DNA of 64,000 nt from Paraspadella gotoi (Eukaryota; Animalia; Chaetognatha). Where the stretch lies: contig CM119265.1 of NCBI GenBank assembly GCA_051294375.1, forward strand, positions 1,298,726-1,362,725, written 5' to 3'. Position numbers and translations under genes: made by a program. This document shows, piece after piece, positions 26,105 to 39,000 of this stretch (its first letter is position 1; each line of letters starts with the position of its first letter). The notes beneath the pieces are model-generated. The model was given only the letters and a program-made list of their open reading frames with translations. It was not told the DNA's origin and made no database searches.

Positions 26105-29100
26105 CATAAATTGCCCAAACTTCTAAAGACTGTAGTCAATTAGAATTCTTCTTCGCGACCAACAGAAGTCGAACTCATGGAAAAGATGAGGGTGAAATTT
26201 TTTACAATCGCGTAACAAGTTTTAGCGACTCTATTTATCTCGCTTTTAGATATTGCTTATAAATAAAATGCTTTAAGCAAAGTTCGAAAATAAGTTTTCA
26301 ACGATTTTATTTTTGTACGGACATGTTTCGACTCGTGTTCGAGTTTCGAGTCTAAACATGTCCGTACAAAAAATAAATCGTTGAAGAACTTTTTCTAACT
26401 TTGCTTAAATCTCAACTCAACACGAAACTGAAAGGATTAATACAATGGCAAAAAAAATGTTATATTATTTTTTTTTTTTTTTTAAAGACTCACGGAGCTC
26501 TGAATATCGAAGAGGGGGTTTTTCGTGAATTGCAAAAATGTAAAAAAATATTTCGGCATAATATTTTTCTTCAGTTCAGTCGAATTATTTGATCAATAAA
26601 AAAATGTAATATATAAAAGACATAGTAATTTTTATTCTCTCTATTTAATTATGAAAATAAACTTGCATTCATTAGAACACCAAATAAATAATTAGAGTTC
26701 CCCAGCCTGAAAAAACCCCATACTAAGTTCTCACTCGGTCCGGTTTCCCATTATTTCTTGTCTTAAATTCATTTAAAAGCCTGTTTGACCAAAAAAATGT
26801 TTTTGCTAATAAACCCAATAGAGCGTCAAAGTGAAACTCGTACTGATGTAAAAAAAAATTGGCGAAAAAATGATAATAATTTTTAGAAGAAAGAGTTTTT
26901 AATATGCTAAAACTTTAAGGATTTTTAACCATTATTAGTTAAAAACACCAGTAGCTAGTTTTGGTTTTATTAATTTGAAAAAATATCTTTTGGTATTGGG
27001 GCGTGGCCTTAACCGGAAGTAAGGTTTTTAACATATAAATGTTTTTATCGTTCTAATTTTATAAAATTGATTTAAATGCAACCAAAAGTAACCAATCTTT
27101 TTTCTGAAGTTATATTTTGATTATATTTATTATTCTGATAATCTAACAAATTTATTAATTATCTTTGGTTTTAGAGCAATGGGCAATGAGTATTGAGCAA
27201 GCTTTGTCCTTTTCTTTTTTCAATCCATTCAAAATTTCAAAAAAATATTTTTTACCTCAGGTAAAAATAAATTACTTGTCAAATCTCGTCTATAAGGTTC
27301 TCACTCAGAGTGGTTTCCCGTTATTTATTTACATTACAGGGGTTTTAACTCAAATTGGATAAAAAATGTTACCGTCAAAGTCAAGTAGCGCAAACCTTGC
27401 TTTAATAAATTTTTATTTATTCTAAAAATCGTAAAATTTTTCTCTTTAGTTATTTTTTTTTTAAAAGATAAATACCAATTATACACAAAACTGAGATGTT
27501 TATTTACTGAGTATATTTTTTGAAACAATTCATCCGCACTGTAGGGTAAAAATAACCGAAAGTAAAAAGATAAAAAGATATAATTTTGGGAAAATGCAAT
27601 TAAAAAAAAGTAAATTACAACTTATCACAATGCATTAAAAAAATTTATTATATTATGAAATAGGTACAAACCAATATAAAAATTATCCATTCATTATAAA
27701 ATAAGCTATCTTGCCCCTGACTTTGGACATATCATATACATTGGGTTGGATCGATTTAACTTTAGACAATTTTTTAAAAAATTATACATGTAATAAAACA
27801 ATTGATAACAATATATTTATGCAATATAAATCAAGGTTAGGTTTATTATAGCTTTTATTGTTTTTGTCAATTGCTACTTTGTAGCCTTTTGAATCATTAG
27901 TAAACGAGGACAGATTGTACTCTAACCTTAAGATTTATAGATGCTCCCTCTATTTACCAATAGTCTACACTGACCTCCTCCAAAAATAAAATAATAAATA
28001 AAAAAACTTGGCACAGAAACTCCTCCACTCCTCAATATAGTTGCCAATGAAAGAAGGTCGCCAGTGCCAAGGCTCGACGCTCGACGTCAACGTCTGCACA
28101 ATCAGACCTGAAGTCTAGATGACATAAAAACTGCTGCAGAAAAGCAAGGTCCTAACGATAATAGCGAGGTGTTAATAGAAGTCTGGGAAAAATCAAACTA
28201 ATGACATATTAAAACTCAACTTTTAAAATATATTTAATATTATTCTAACTTCGTATTTGAAAACAGCAACATATAAGTGTTTAACTTGTTAACACTGCGC
28301 ACACATTCATATTAAAGTATGCAAGAACACTTGATTAGATGATATTTGTTCATTTTTAAACAATTTTTTTGAATCACTACTGATTGACTTTGACGCTCAA
28401 TTGGGTTCATTAACCAAAACTTTTTTTGCTTGTACAGGGTTTCAAAATGAGTTGAAGTCAATAAATAATGGGAAACCGGACCGAGTGAGAACTTTGTATG
28501 GAGTTTGATGAGGCTGGGGAACTCTAATAAATATTAATATTTTTTTACTGAAAATTTCACCTTCATTATTACATTTTTATTACTATGAAATTGGTACAAC
28601 CAATATAAAAATTATCCATTCATTTAATAAATAAGCTATCTTGCCCCTGACTTTGGACAGGCTTTGGTGGTTTAAGGCCTCCATCACTCTTACAAGATAA
28701 TTACATAGCAGGTCCCTGCAAGCTTTCAATCAAGACTCTCTCGTCGTCTCACAGTCTATTTATCTATCTTTTGTATTCTCTTTGTCTAATTCTTTAGCTT
28801 TTAAATCTTCATATTATTTCTTTATTTGGAAGTGCAATTGTATAAAAATTAAATATTAAACGCAAATATAATTTATAAAAAGCTTATAAAACAATTAATT
28901 AGTCTATTTGGAGCAACTTTTTGAAATAACACATCCTTGTTTTTTCACCCAGAGAAGTGAACGACTTTTAAGGGACGAAGACATTTTCGCGCCCAAAAAA
29001 AAGTCAACTCATCAACATATGAGATTTTCTTTTCTCTTCTTTATTTTCTTTGTTTTTGGTTTTCTCTATTTTATTATGAACTCCGGTTATTATGTTTTTG

Positions 29101-29421
29101 TTTGTTTTTGTTTTGGAAGACGTTTTAATGTTCATGATGTTTTTGTTTTGAATATAAGTCAACTTCGTTCCGTTTACAAGACAATGTTTATTTAATGTAA
29201 CGGACAACGGCTATAATATTAGTATTCCTAAACGAAAAATGAACAGAATTCTCGTAGTTATCAATTTAAAACTTTAATCTTTAAAACAATTTAAAACATT
29301 TAAAACATACTTCAACATCAACAGCAACCATAACAATGATAAAAAATATATAGATGTTAAACTTTAATCCGCGACAAGAAAAACTCGTATAATAACAATT
29401 TATTGAGAAGGGAGAGAGGGG

Positions 29422-29457
<36 letters not shown>

Positions 29458-31414
29458 AAAATCGACATCACCGCCGTTATCTCTACCCCCCCTTCCTCTC
29501 GTTCACCCCCTCACACTCTTTTTTTCTGACTCTTTCCCCTCTTTCCTCCTTCCTCCTCCCTCCCTCTCACACCGCTCTTTTCCTACTCCTCTCTCCTCCC
29601 CTTTTTCTCCTCCTCCTCTCTACTCCTCCCTCTTCTTCTCCTCCTCCTCTTCCTCCCTTCTCCACTTCTCTCTCTTTCCTCCCTCCCTCCTCTCTTCTCG
29701 CCCTCAACTCCCAGTCCCCCTCTGCCTCTCCTCTCTCCCTCTCCCATTCCCTCCCTCTCCTCCCTCTCTCCATCAGATCCCCCAGTTATCTCCACCCGGT
29801 GTGGTTCCGCTCGAACTTCCTTCCCTCATCGACAAATTTCAAGGCGTCGAATTCTGCATAACATTTGTCCTCAAAGATTTCGTCTTGCGCAACGTCGATC
29901 TCTACTCTCAACATTTACTATCTGGACTCGATGGTTCTCGGTCCATCTGATTCATTGCACGTCGCTCGTACCTTACTTCAGCACGTCAGGCCTCATCAAG
30001 GTGAAATGGTGGTTTGTGAAAAGTTGGGAAGTTGATGTTGTGAAAAGTTGGAAGTTGGATGTTGTTTTTGATTGATGATTGTTGTGGATTGATGTTGTTG
30101 TTGTTGATTTAGTGTTGTTGTTGATCTTTTGTTTGTTTGTTGTGGTCGTTTGTGATTTTGTTCTGGTTGTAAATGTTCTTGTTTTTGGTTCGCTTTAACT
30201 TCTACTCTGACCACTACTAAAATCCTATTAACATTAACCATTAAGGCGTGCCAGAATTTAAAAAATTTAAATACTTGCAAGTCTGCAGTCTTTGTTGTCC
30301 TTTGAGTTTAGTATGTTAGATTTTTTATTTAATTTATTTCCTCATGCATGGAATGCATTTTAATATTTAACAATATAATAACACTAATAAGCCTTAATGA
30401 ACCATAACTTAATCTCTAAAACGAATCCGAACCAAACCTCCAACTTAGTCTTTTAACTTATTTCAATAATTTAAAATAAAATGGAGCGTTCTGGCTAAAT
30501 ATAAGGCTTTGGTTTTGCCAGTTGTTGTTGTCGTTTCTGTTTTTTCATCATTTTTTTTTCTTTACTAATGTTCCATGTTTTCATATTTTAGAAAAGAGCA
30601 ATTACGTCAAACTATTAAGATACAATAGTTTTAATATCTAGATTCCTATACAATATACATATATAAGACATACAGTTATTGTAACCGTTGTGATGATTTT
30701 ATTGTTTTTTCTTCGCTTGTTTTGTCCGGCATTTTCTCGTGTAGACATCTTTTGACGTTTCTTCCTTTAGACGACGAACAATGGATAAAAATGCGGTGCG
30801 AACCGATTGGCTACATTTTTTTAATGTTAATTGTCATCGTCCCCTCGTAGACCAGAAGTCAATGGCTCGAAAAACAAAAGGAAAAATAAAAAGATCAAAC
30901 GGAAAAACAAAAAGGACAAGAAAACAAAGCAAGAAAAACAAATAAAAACAAAAGGGATCGCAAAAAAAAACTCAGAACGGTCTGCATTCAGATCATTATT
31001 ATTGTTGGAGAATGAATTTAAAGAAAAGTCAAACTATATAAATAAAATTATCATTATTTTAAGTATTTATCTCATCAATTGACGTCTGATAATTAAATGA
31101 TTGATTGATAGGATTTTTTTAAATGATTGATTGATTAGATTGATTGAATTAATCGTTGAATTGGTTGATTGTTTGGAGTTGTTATAGGCGAGATGGGATT
31201 GATTGGTTAAGAGGGGTGGAATATACCCGCGCTCTCGCTCTCTCGCACTTTCAGTTATGATTGTTTTGAGACTCTGATTGATTGGATTGATTTATTAATT
31301 GATTTTTTTTTCAATTCAGCAGATCGATTACTAATCTGGACGCTGCCAGATCGACAAAATATCTGTCCGAAAGTCTGGGTGGAGGAGTGGAATCATTCGT
31401 TCGCGAGGTGAGAG

Positions 31415-31464
<50 letters not shown>

Positions 31465-31569
31465 GAGAGACGAGCAGGCTTCCTTTGAGCAACCGGAGAC
31501 TTAGAATCTGCCAGAGCGATATTAAAGCTCCTAGACAGTAGCATTGGCCTGATCAATTCTCTCTCTCTC

Positions 31570-31600
<31 letters not shown>

Positions 31601-32012
31601 ATCTTCCTCTCTCTCTTCTCTCCTCTCCTCTCTCTCTCTCTCTCTCGTCCTCTCTTTCTTGCCAGGCCTTANNNNNNNNNNNNNNNNNNNNNNNNNCCTC
31701 TCTTTCCAGGCCTCTCTCCCCTGCCATACTTTCTCCACGTCTACACATTCGGGGCGTACAAGGAGCGTCTCTCTCTCTCCTTCTGTCGCGTTCAAAGTCT
31801 CCTCTACGTGGATCTGCCCGTCGTATTCCACACATCGTCCATCTGGCTCACGGTTCTATTGGCCGTTCATCGATTCCTGGGTGTTTGTCGCTGGAGGACG
31901 TTGGACAAGAAGACTTTTTCCAGCAAGAGGATCGTCGTCGCCGTCGGGGTGCTGTACACGTTGGCCGTTTGCATGCAGGTCGGTGAGAAGTGACGATGAT
32001 GATGATGATGAC

Positions 32013-32070
<58 letters not shown>

Positions 32071-32774
32071 CACCGATACTAAAGATCTCATTCGCCTAAA
32101 CTCCTTTCCTCCCACCGACCCTAATCCGTCCCCCCCCTCTGAAAAAAAAAAGATTAATGGAGATTCAAGGTCTTTTTCGGTCAAGAAGAATTTTTGATGC
32201 GATTTATGGGTTGATGCAGATTTTGGGAGACTTTGAAAAAACTCTGTCTCGCTCTCGGTCGGGATCTGACTCGCTCTCTCTCTCTCTTTTTGAAAAGGAA
32301 GAGCTCTTTCTCGATTTCTCTCCTCTCTCTCTCTCTTGAAGGCTCTCGTTCTCTTCTCTCCTCTCTCTCTCTCCTTCTTCTCTCTTCGTCTCTCTCTCTA
32401 CTCGCTCTCTCTCTCTCTCTCGTTCTCCTTTCTCTTCCCTCTGGCTTCCTTTTCCTCTCCCTCTCCTCATATCTCTCTTCTCTCCTCTCCAGCGTCTTTC
32501 TTTTTTTTCTCTTCATCTTCTTCTCTTTTTCCCTTTTCTTGCCTCTGTTTTCTTCTCTTCGTTTCTCTCTTTTTTTTCTTTCTTTTCTGCTCCCTCTCTC
32601 GTCTCCGCTTCTCTCTCTCTCGCCTCTCTTCACGCGTCTAATGGTAACCAGTTAAGCCTTTGTCTCTTTCTTAGTTCTTACAAAAATCGTTTCTTACGAT
32701 TTTTAGTTTCGCCTCAGTAGAAAAACATTTTATCAAAGCAGAAAAGATTGCGCTTATAAGAATGCTTAATGGAT

Positions 32775-32806
<32 letters not shown>

Positions 32807-33017
32807 CGCGAGGATGAGAGAGAAGAGAGAGATAGAGAGACCGAGAGAGAGAGAACGAAAAAAACAAAAGAAAGTAAGAGAGAGACAGAGTGGAATATCT
32901 TGTGATTTCTCGCGTCTTCTTTCATCCTTTATTCAATCACCCGTAGCTTTGTTCTCGCTCTCTTGCTTTCTATTATTGAGAAAAAGACTAAGAGAGAGAG
33001 AGAGGAGAGAGAGAGGG

Positions 33018-33056
<39 letters not shown>

Positions 33057-35385
33057 AAAATCGACTCACCTCGTTATCCTCTATCCCCCCCTTCCTCTCT
33101 TTCCCCCCTCACACTCTTTTCTTTCTGACTCTTTCCCCTCTTTCCCTCCTTCTCCTCCCCTCCCTCTCCCCTCTTTCCTCTCTCTCTCCTCTCCTCCCCT
33201 TTTTTCTCCTCCCTCTCTCTACTCCCTCCCCCTCTCTTCTCTCTCCTCCCTCTTCTCCTTCTCACCTTCCTCTCTCTTTCCCTCCCTCCTCTCTTCTCCC
33301 CTCACTCCCTCCTCTCCTCGGGTCGCCTCGCCTCCTCTCTCGCTCTCCCACTTGCCCTCCTTCCTCCCTCTCCCGCCCTCTTCCTCCGCCCTCTATCCCT
33401 CCCTCCCGCCTTTTTTCCTCCTCCCTCTCTCTAAGCTCCCGTGCCCCCTCTCTCTTCTCTCTCCTGCGCCTGCTTCCCTCCCTTGCTCCCTTCCTCTCGT
33501 CTTGTGCCTCCTCCACTCTTCTCTATCTCGCCGCCTCACTCGCCTCCCTCTCTCTATCTTCCCTCTGCCTCGCCTTCTCTCGCCTCGGTCGCCACTTCCT
33601 CCCTCTGCCCCCGACTCTTTCCATGAGCCCCTCTTCGTCCCTCCCTACCCCTTTTTTCTCCTCGCCGCTCTCTACTCGCTCCCACTGACTGCGCTTCCTC
33701 TGCCTGCCCTCTTCCTCTTAACACTTGCTCCTATCGTCTCTCTTTCCTCCGCTCCTCCTACTCTCTCACGCCAATCACTCGCTCCGCGCTCTCGTCTCCG
33801 CCGGCTTACTGCCTCCCCAGTCTCTCCCCTCTCTCACATTCCGTCCTCTCCTCCCGTCCCCCATGCAAGATCCCCCAGTTCATCTCCACCCGTGTGGTTC
33901 CCGCTCGACTTCCTTCCCTCATCGACAATTCGACCTTCGTCGATTCTGCAAACTTTGTCCTCAACGATTTCGTCTTGCGCAACGTCGATCTCTACTTCAA
34001 CATTTACTTCTGGACTCGATTGGTTCTCGTCCATCTGATTCCTTGCACGTCGCTCGTCTACTTCACCGTCAGGCTCATCAAGGTGAAAGGTGGTTGTGAA
34101 AAGTTGGGAAGTTGATGTTGTGAAAAGTTGGGAAGTTGATGTTGTTTTGATTGATGTTGTTGTGATTGATGTTGTTGTTGTTGATTTAGTCGTTGTTGTT
34201 GATTTTTGTTTGTTGTTGTGGTCGTTTTGATTGTTGTTCTTGTTGTAAATGTTCTTGTTTTGGTTCCTTAACTTCTAACTCTGACCACTAACCTAAAATC
34301 CTATTACATTAACCATTAAGGCGTGCCAGAATTTAAAATTTAAACTTGCAAAGTCTGCAGTCTTTTGTCCTTTGAGTTATGATGTTAGATTTTTATTTAA
34401 TTTATTTTCCTCATGCATGGAAGCATTTTAATATTTAACAATTATAATAACCTTAATAGCCTTAATAACCATAACCTTAATCTCTAAACGAATCCGAAAC
34501 CCAAACCTCCAACTTAGTCTTTTAACTTATTTCCAAATTTAAAATAAAATGGAGCGTTCTGGCTAAATAAAGCCTTTGTTTTGCCGTTGTTGTTGTCGTT
34601 TCTGTTTTTCATCAATTTTTTTTCTTTACTAAAAAACATCCATTTTCATATTTTAAAAAGACATTAGTCAAACTTATTAAACAATGTTTAATATCTAGAT
34701 TCTATACAATATACATATATACATACATATTTGTACCGTTTGATGATTTTATTGTTTTCTTCGCTTTGTTTTTGTCCCATTTTCTCTGTAGACATCTTTG
34801 ACGTTTTCTTCCTTTAGACGAGACAATAATAAATGCGTCGACCGATTGGCTACATTTTTTATGTTATTGTCATCGTCCCTCGTAGACCAGAGTCAATGGC
34901 TCGAAAAACAAAAGGAAAATAAAAGATCAAACGGAAAAACAAAAGGACAAGAAAAACAAACAAGAAAACAATAAAAACAAAAGGATCCAAAAAAAAATCA
35001 AACGGTCTCATTCAGATCCATTATTATTGTTGGAGATGAATTTAAAGAAAATCAAACTATATAATAAAAAAATTATCATTATTTTAAGTATTTATCTATC
35101 AATTGACGTCTGATAAAATTAAATGATTGATTGATAGATTTTTTTAATGATTGATTGATTGATTGATTGAATTAATCGTTTGATTGATTGATTGTTTGAT
35201 TGTTTAATTGTTTGATTGTGTGATTGTTTGATTGTTTGGTTGTTTGGTTGTTTGATAGTTTGATTGTTTGATTGATTGATTGATTGATTTATTAATTGAT
35301 TTTTCAATCACAGACGATTACTATCGGACGCGCCAATCGACAACATCTGTCCGAAAGTCTGGGTGGAGGGGAATCTTCGTTCCGA

Positions 35386-35435
<50 letters not shown>

Positions 35436-35764
35436 AGAAGAGAGAGAGGAAGAGACATTAGATAATTTAATCTTCGCAAAAAAAAAAACCATCAGAAAAA
35501 ATTACCAATTACAACAACAACGAATTGAGCGATAAAATCCAACGACGACGACGACGATGACAACGACGACGACGATGACAACGACGACGACGATGAGGAC
35601 GACGACGATGTCTGCAATCACGCGAACCTCAAAGTTATGGCGCCATTTTCTTGGTTCCATCTACTGAGACCCGGAAAATGGAATCCGCCGATTGTGGCTT
35701 CGGTCGAGATTAGGAGGGAAAAACTATTTTCTTTCTTTTCTTATCAAATCTCTCTCTCTCTCTC

Positions 35765-35799
<35 letters not shown>

Positions 35800-35968
35800 A
35801 TCATCTTATCTCTCTCTCATCTACCTCTCTTTCATCTATCTCTGTTTCTCATCTCTCTCTCTCTTCTCTTCTCTCCTCTCTTCTCTCTCTCTCTCTCGCT
35901 CTCTCTCTCTCCTATTTCATCTATCTCTATCTCCTCTCCCCCTCTCTCTTTCAATCTATCTCTATCTT

Positions 35969-36002
<34 letters not shown>

Positions 36003-39000
36003 ATTTCCTATCAATCTACTAATCTAAACTCACTCGCCTACCATCATACACGTTTCAGTCAAGTAGTATCTCATTATCTTACTCTCTCACTCTACTCTCT
36101 CATCTCATAACTACTACTACTATTACATCTCATACTCTCGATACTTTACATCTATCTCTCAATACACTGCTAAGCACACTCTCTCTTAAAAACTACTACC
36201 TCCTCTACAACCATCTCTAATTACAAATCCTAGTCTCCATACCCTCATCATCATCAAATAACTTCTAACTTAGAACATCTACATCATCTATGCGTTCTCC
36301 CTCATCTCATACTATCCGAACAATACCATACATCTCTCTCTCTCGTAAACCATACTACATAGTATACTGCTGGTCCCTTTCTACACTCTCACTCATCCTC
36401 TACTCTCAACTACTCTCATACTATCATTCAACAAATATTTCATAACTCTCCATAACAAAAAACCACCATAAACCACTATAAAACTACTTATCACTAACAA
36501 TACTACATACATCGTACCTAACATCTTCTACTCTACATACTCTCCCAAAAATCCTATCCACTGTCTTACATACCTCTAACAAAAAACTCCTCTCCTCAAC
36601 TCTCACATATACTAAAACTTATCATCTATTCCTCTCTTTCACTCTCTCTTACTCACACATACTCCTCAAAATCACTCACTAGATATCCTCACATATTTCT
36701 CTACCATCTCTCACTAACCAAACGCAAAAAAACCAAAACATAAAACTTATCAATCATATCTACTCTCATACATCTCTCTCTCTCTAAGATCTATCTCTCG
36801 ATACTCCTACATCTCACTCTCTCATCATAAACATACTTCATCATACCTACATCCCACCATCTCTCAAATACGCTCCTCATCTAAACCTACATAATTAAAC
36901 ATAAAATCAATCTATCATCAATCTTTACTCACTACCTCTTACAATCACCATATAAAACCCACCAAATAAAAAAACAACATACCACATCCCCAAAATATAT
37001 TAACACCCCCTCCATCTCCCCGCCTGCTCTCTCTCTCTCTCTCATCTGCATCATCCTCTACTCATAAATATATCTACTAAGTATATTCAAATCATCTACT
37101 ACTCATACTCCCTCTCTCTCTCATCTCGCTCCTCTACTTATCATCTAATATCTCTAACCATAATACTCCCCTTCCACATCTACATACTCTACTACTACAT
37201 CTCTACTCTACATTCCAATACATAATACTCCTGTCTGCTCTACTCTCTCAATCTCTCAAATCTCTCTCTCTCTCACCTCTCTCTCTCTCTCTCTACCTCT
37301 CTTTTCATCTATCTCTGTCTTTCTCTTTTTCTCTCTCTCTCTCCTCTCTTCATCTAAAAAAACAACATCCCTTCAAACCACGGAACCAGCCTCGCGACGA
37401 GCATCTCCAACGTTAGTTCCTTCTTCGCCGCCGATAGACAGCGTTTTCGGCGGCGGAGGCGGCGGCGGCGGCGGAGGCGGCGGCCTCTGCATCATCAGCG
37501 GGAATCTCGGCGTGGCGGGAAACGAGGCCAGCGTCGGCTGCGGCGGCGGCGGCGGCGGAGCGGAGAATTGACTTCATCTTCTGCTCCTTCGAATAATTGC
37601 TTGAGATTTGAATTTAAGGTTTTATTCGGGAGTGGGAGAGGGAAGAGGGAGAGGGAAAAAAAAAAAAGAGAGAAGAGAGATGAGAGAGGGAGAGAGAGAG
37701 AGAGAGAGAGAAGAGAGAGAGAGAAAGAAAGAGAGAAATTAAAAGAGGAAAGAGATTGGGAGAAAAGAGGTAAAAAAAGAGGAAGGGGAGGCAAAAGCCA
37801 GGTCCTCAGCTAAGAAAAAGTCTTGCTAAAAACTCTCAGGGATCTGATATGTCATTATCTTGTAAGAGTGATGGAGGCCTTAAACCATCAAAGCCTGTCC
37901 AAAGTCAGGGGCAAGATAGCTTATTCATTAAATGAATGGATAATTTTTAGCTCGGTTGTACCAATTTCACACCATACTAAAACTTGGTTAATAAGGAAGC
38001 CAAGTTAATAAACTAGTCTTGATTGTCAAAGCTTGCAGAGACCTGTTATGAAATTGATTCAACCAATATCAAATTCTTCCATTCATTTAGTAAATAAGAT
38101 TGAAGGAGAGAGAACGCACAATCCAAAGCGTTCCGTCCACAGTAGATTGGAGCACTCAATTTGATTTGAGTCCACTAACAATAATAATTTTATGTGAGAT
38201 AGTATGATTATTAAATACAAAAAAATGTATTTCTTTAATATCGTTTCGGGAACAAAAAAGCAAAAATATAATATATTTATAATTCTTTTTAAATTTTTAT
38301 TAAAGCATCGTTGGAGTATCAAACCACCAGAATCAAATTCGGATCGGAGACTTGGGCGATCTCCGCAGGAAATGGAATCGCCGAATCCTGATTGGTCAAG
38401 CATGAAACCGAAATCGACCAATCAGCTTGCAGGATCATTGGAACTCTAAATTTTACCCACGTCGCCTATCCTCTTCCTTAGTTATAAATAGACCTAGCTT
38501 GTTCTAGTTTCAGCAGCATTGAAAAAGACTTCTGCGTGTGTCTCAACGTGTCTCAGAATAAAATCTCATCCTGATTTCAACCATAGAAATCCATGAGTTT
38601 TTCCTTAAATGTGGTGGCAGCGGTGGGATTCGAACCCACGCCTGCGAAGAGACTGGTGAGTTTTTCCTAAAATGTAAGATTCAGATTTCACACAAAAAGT
38701 TAGTCCAAAAATATTCAATATGTTGTCACAAATGTTTTATCTTCAGTGTCAAAATTTGAAAAAAGGTCAAAATTCTCAACTTTTTAACTCTCTGTAGTAA
38801 AAACTATTGTTTGAGCTGCCTCGAACCTATTGTTTATTTGTTTGACTTATCTTAAACAATTGAGATTCAACGACGTCGAATCTCAATTGAATCTAACGTT
38901 TAATCAACTTGTTTTAAAAATGTTTATTTACATTAATTGCAGACGACGAGGAATTAAAACGGTCAAGTTTATAACAAACTATTAACGAATATAAAAATAA

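Larger units (their letters stand above)
20260..28290. repeat. Direct duplication (about 20260-23710 versus 25600-28290)
   Basis: Colinear homology including the exon and shared anchors (GACCAACAGAAGTCGAACTCATGG, GACTTTGGACATATCATATACATTGGG, AACTAATGACATATT). The first copy is about 25% longer from scattered insertions. Confidence 0.8.
29403..35450. repeat. Direct duplication (about 29403-31460 versus 32976-35450) flanking the TM3 exon
   Basis: Both copies contain the TM5 exon, the following intron and the short ICL3 exon. Differences are mostly indels, and an N-gap lies at 31672. Confidence 0.8.

Noticed and set aside
31867-32184. Poly-His or poly-Asp ORFs
   Set aside because: They arise from an intronic (GAT)n microsatellite next to the real TM3-4 exon.
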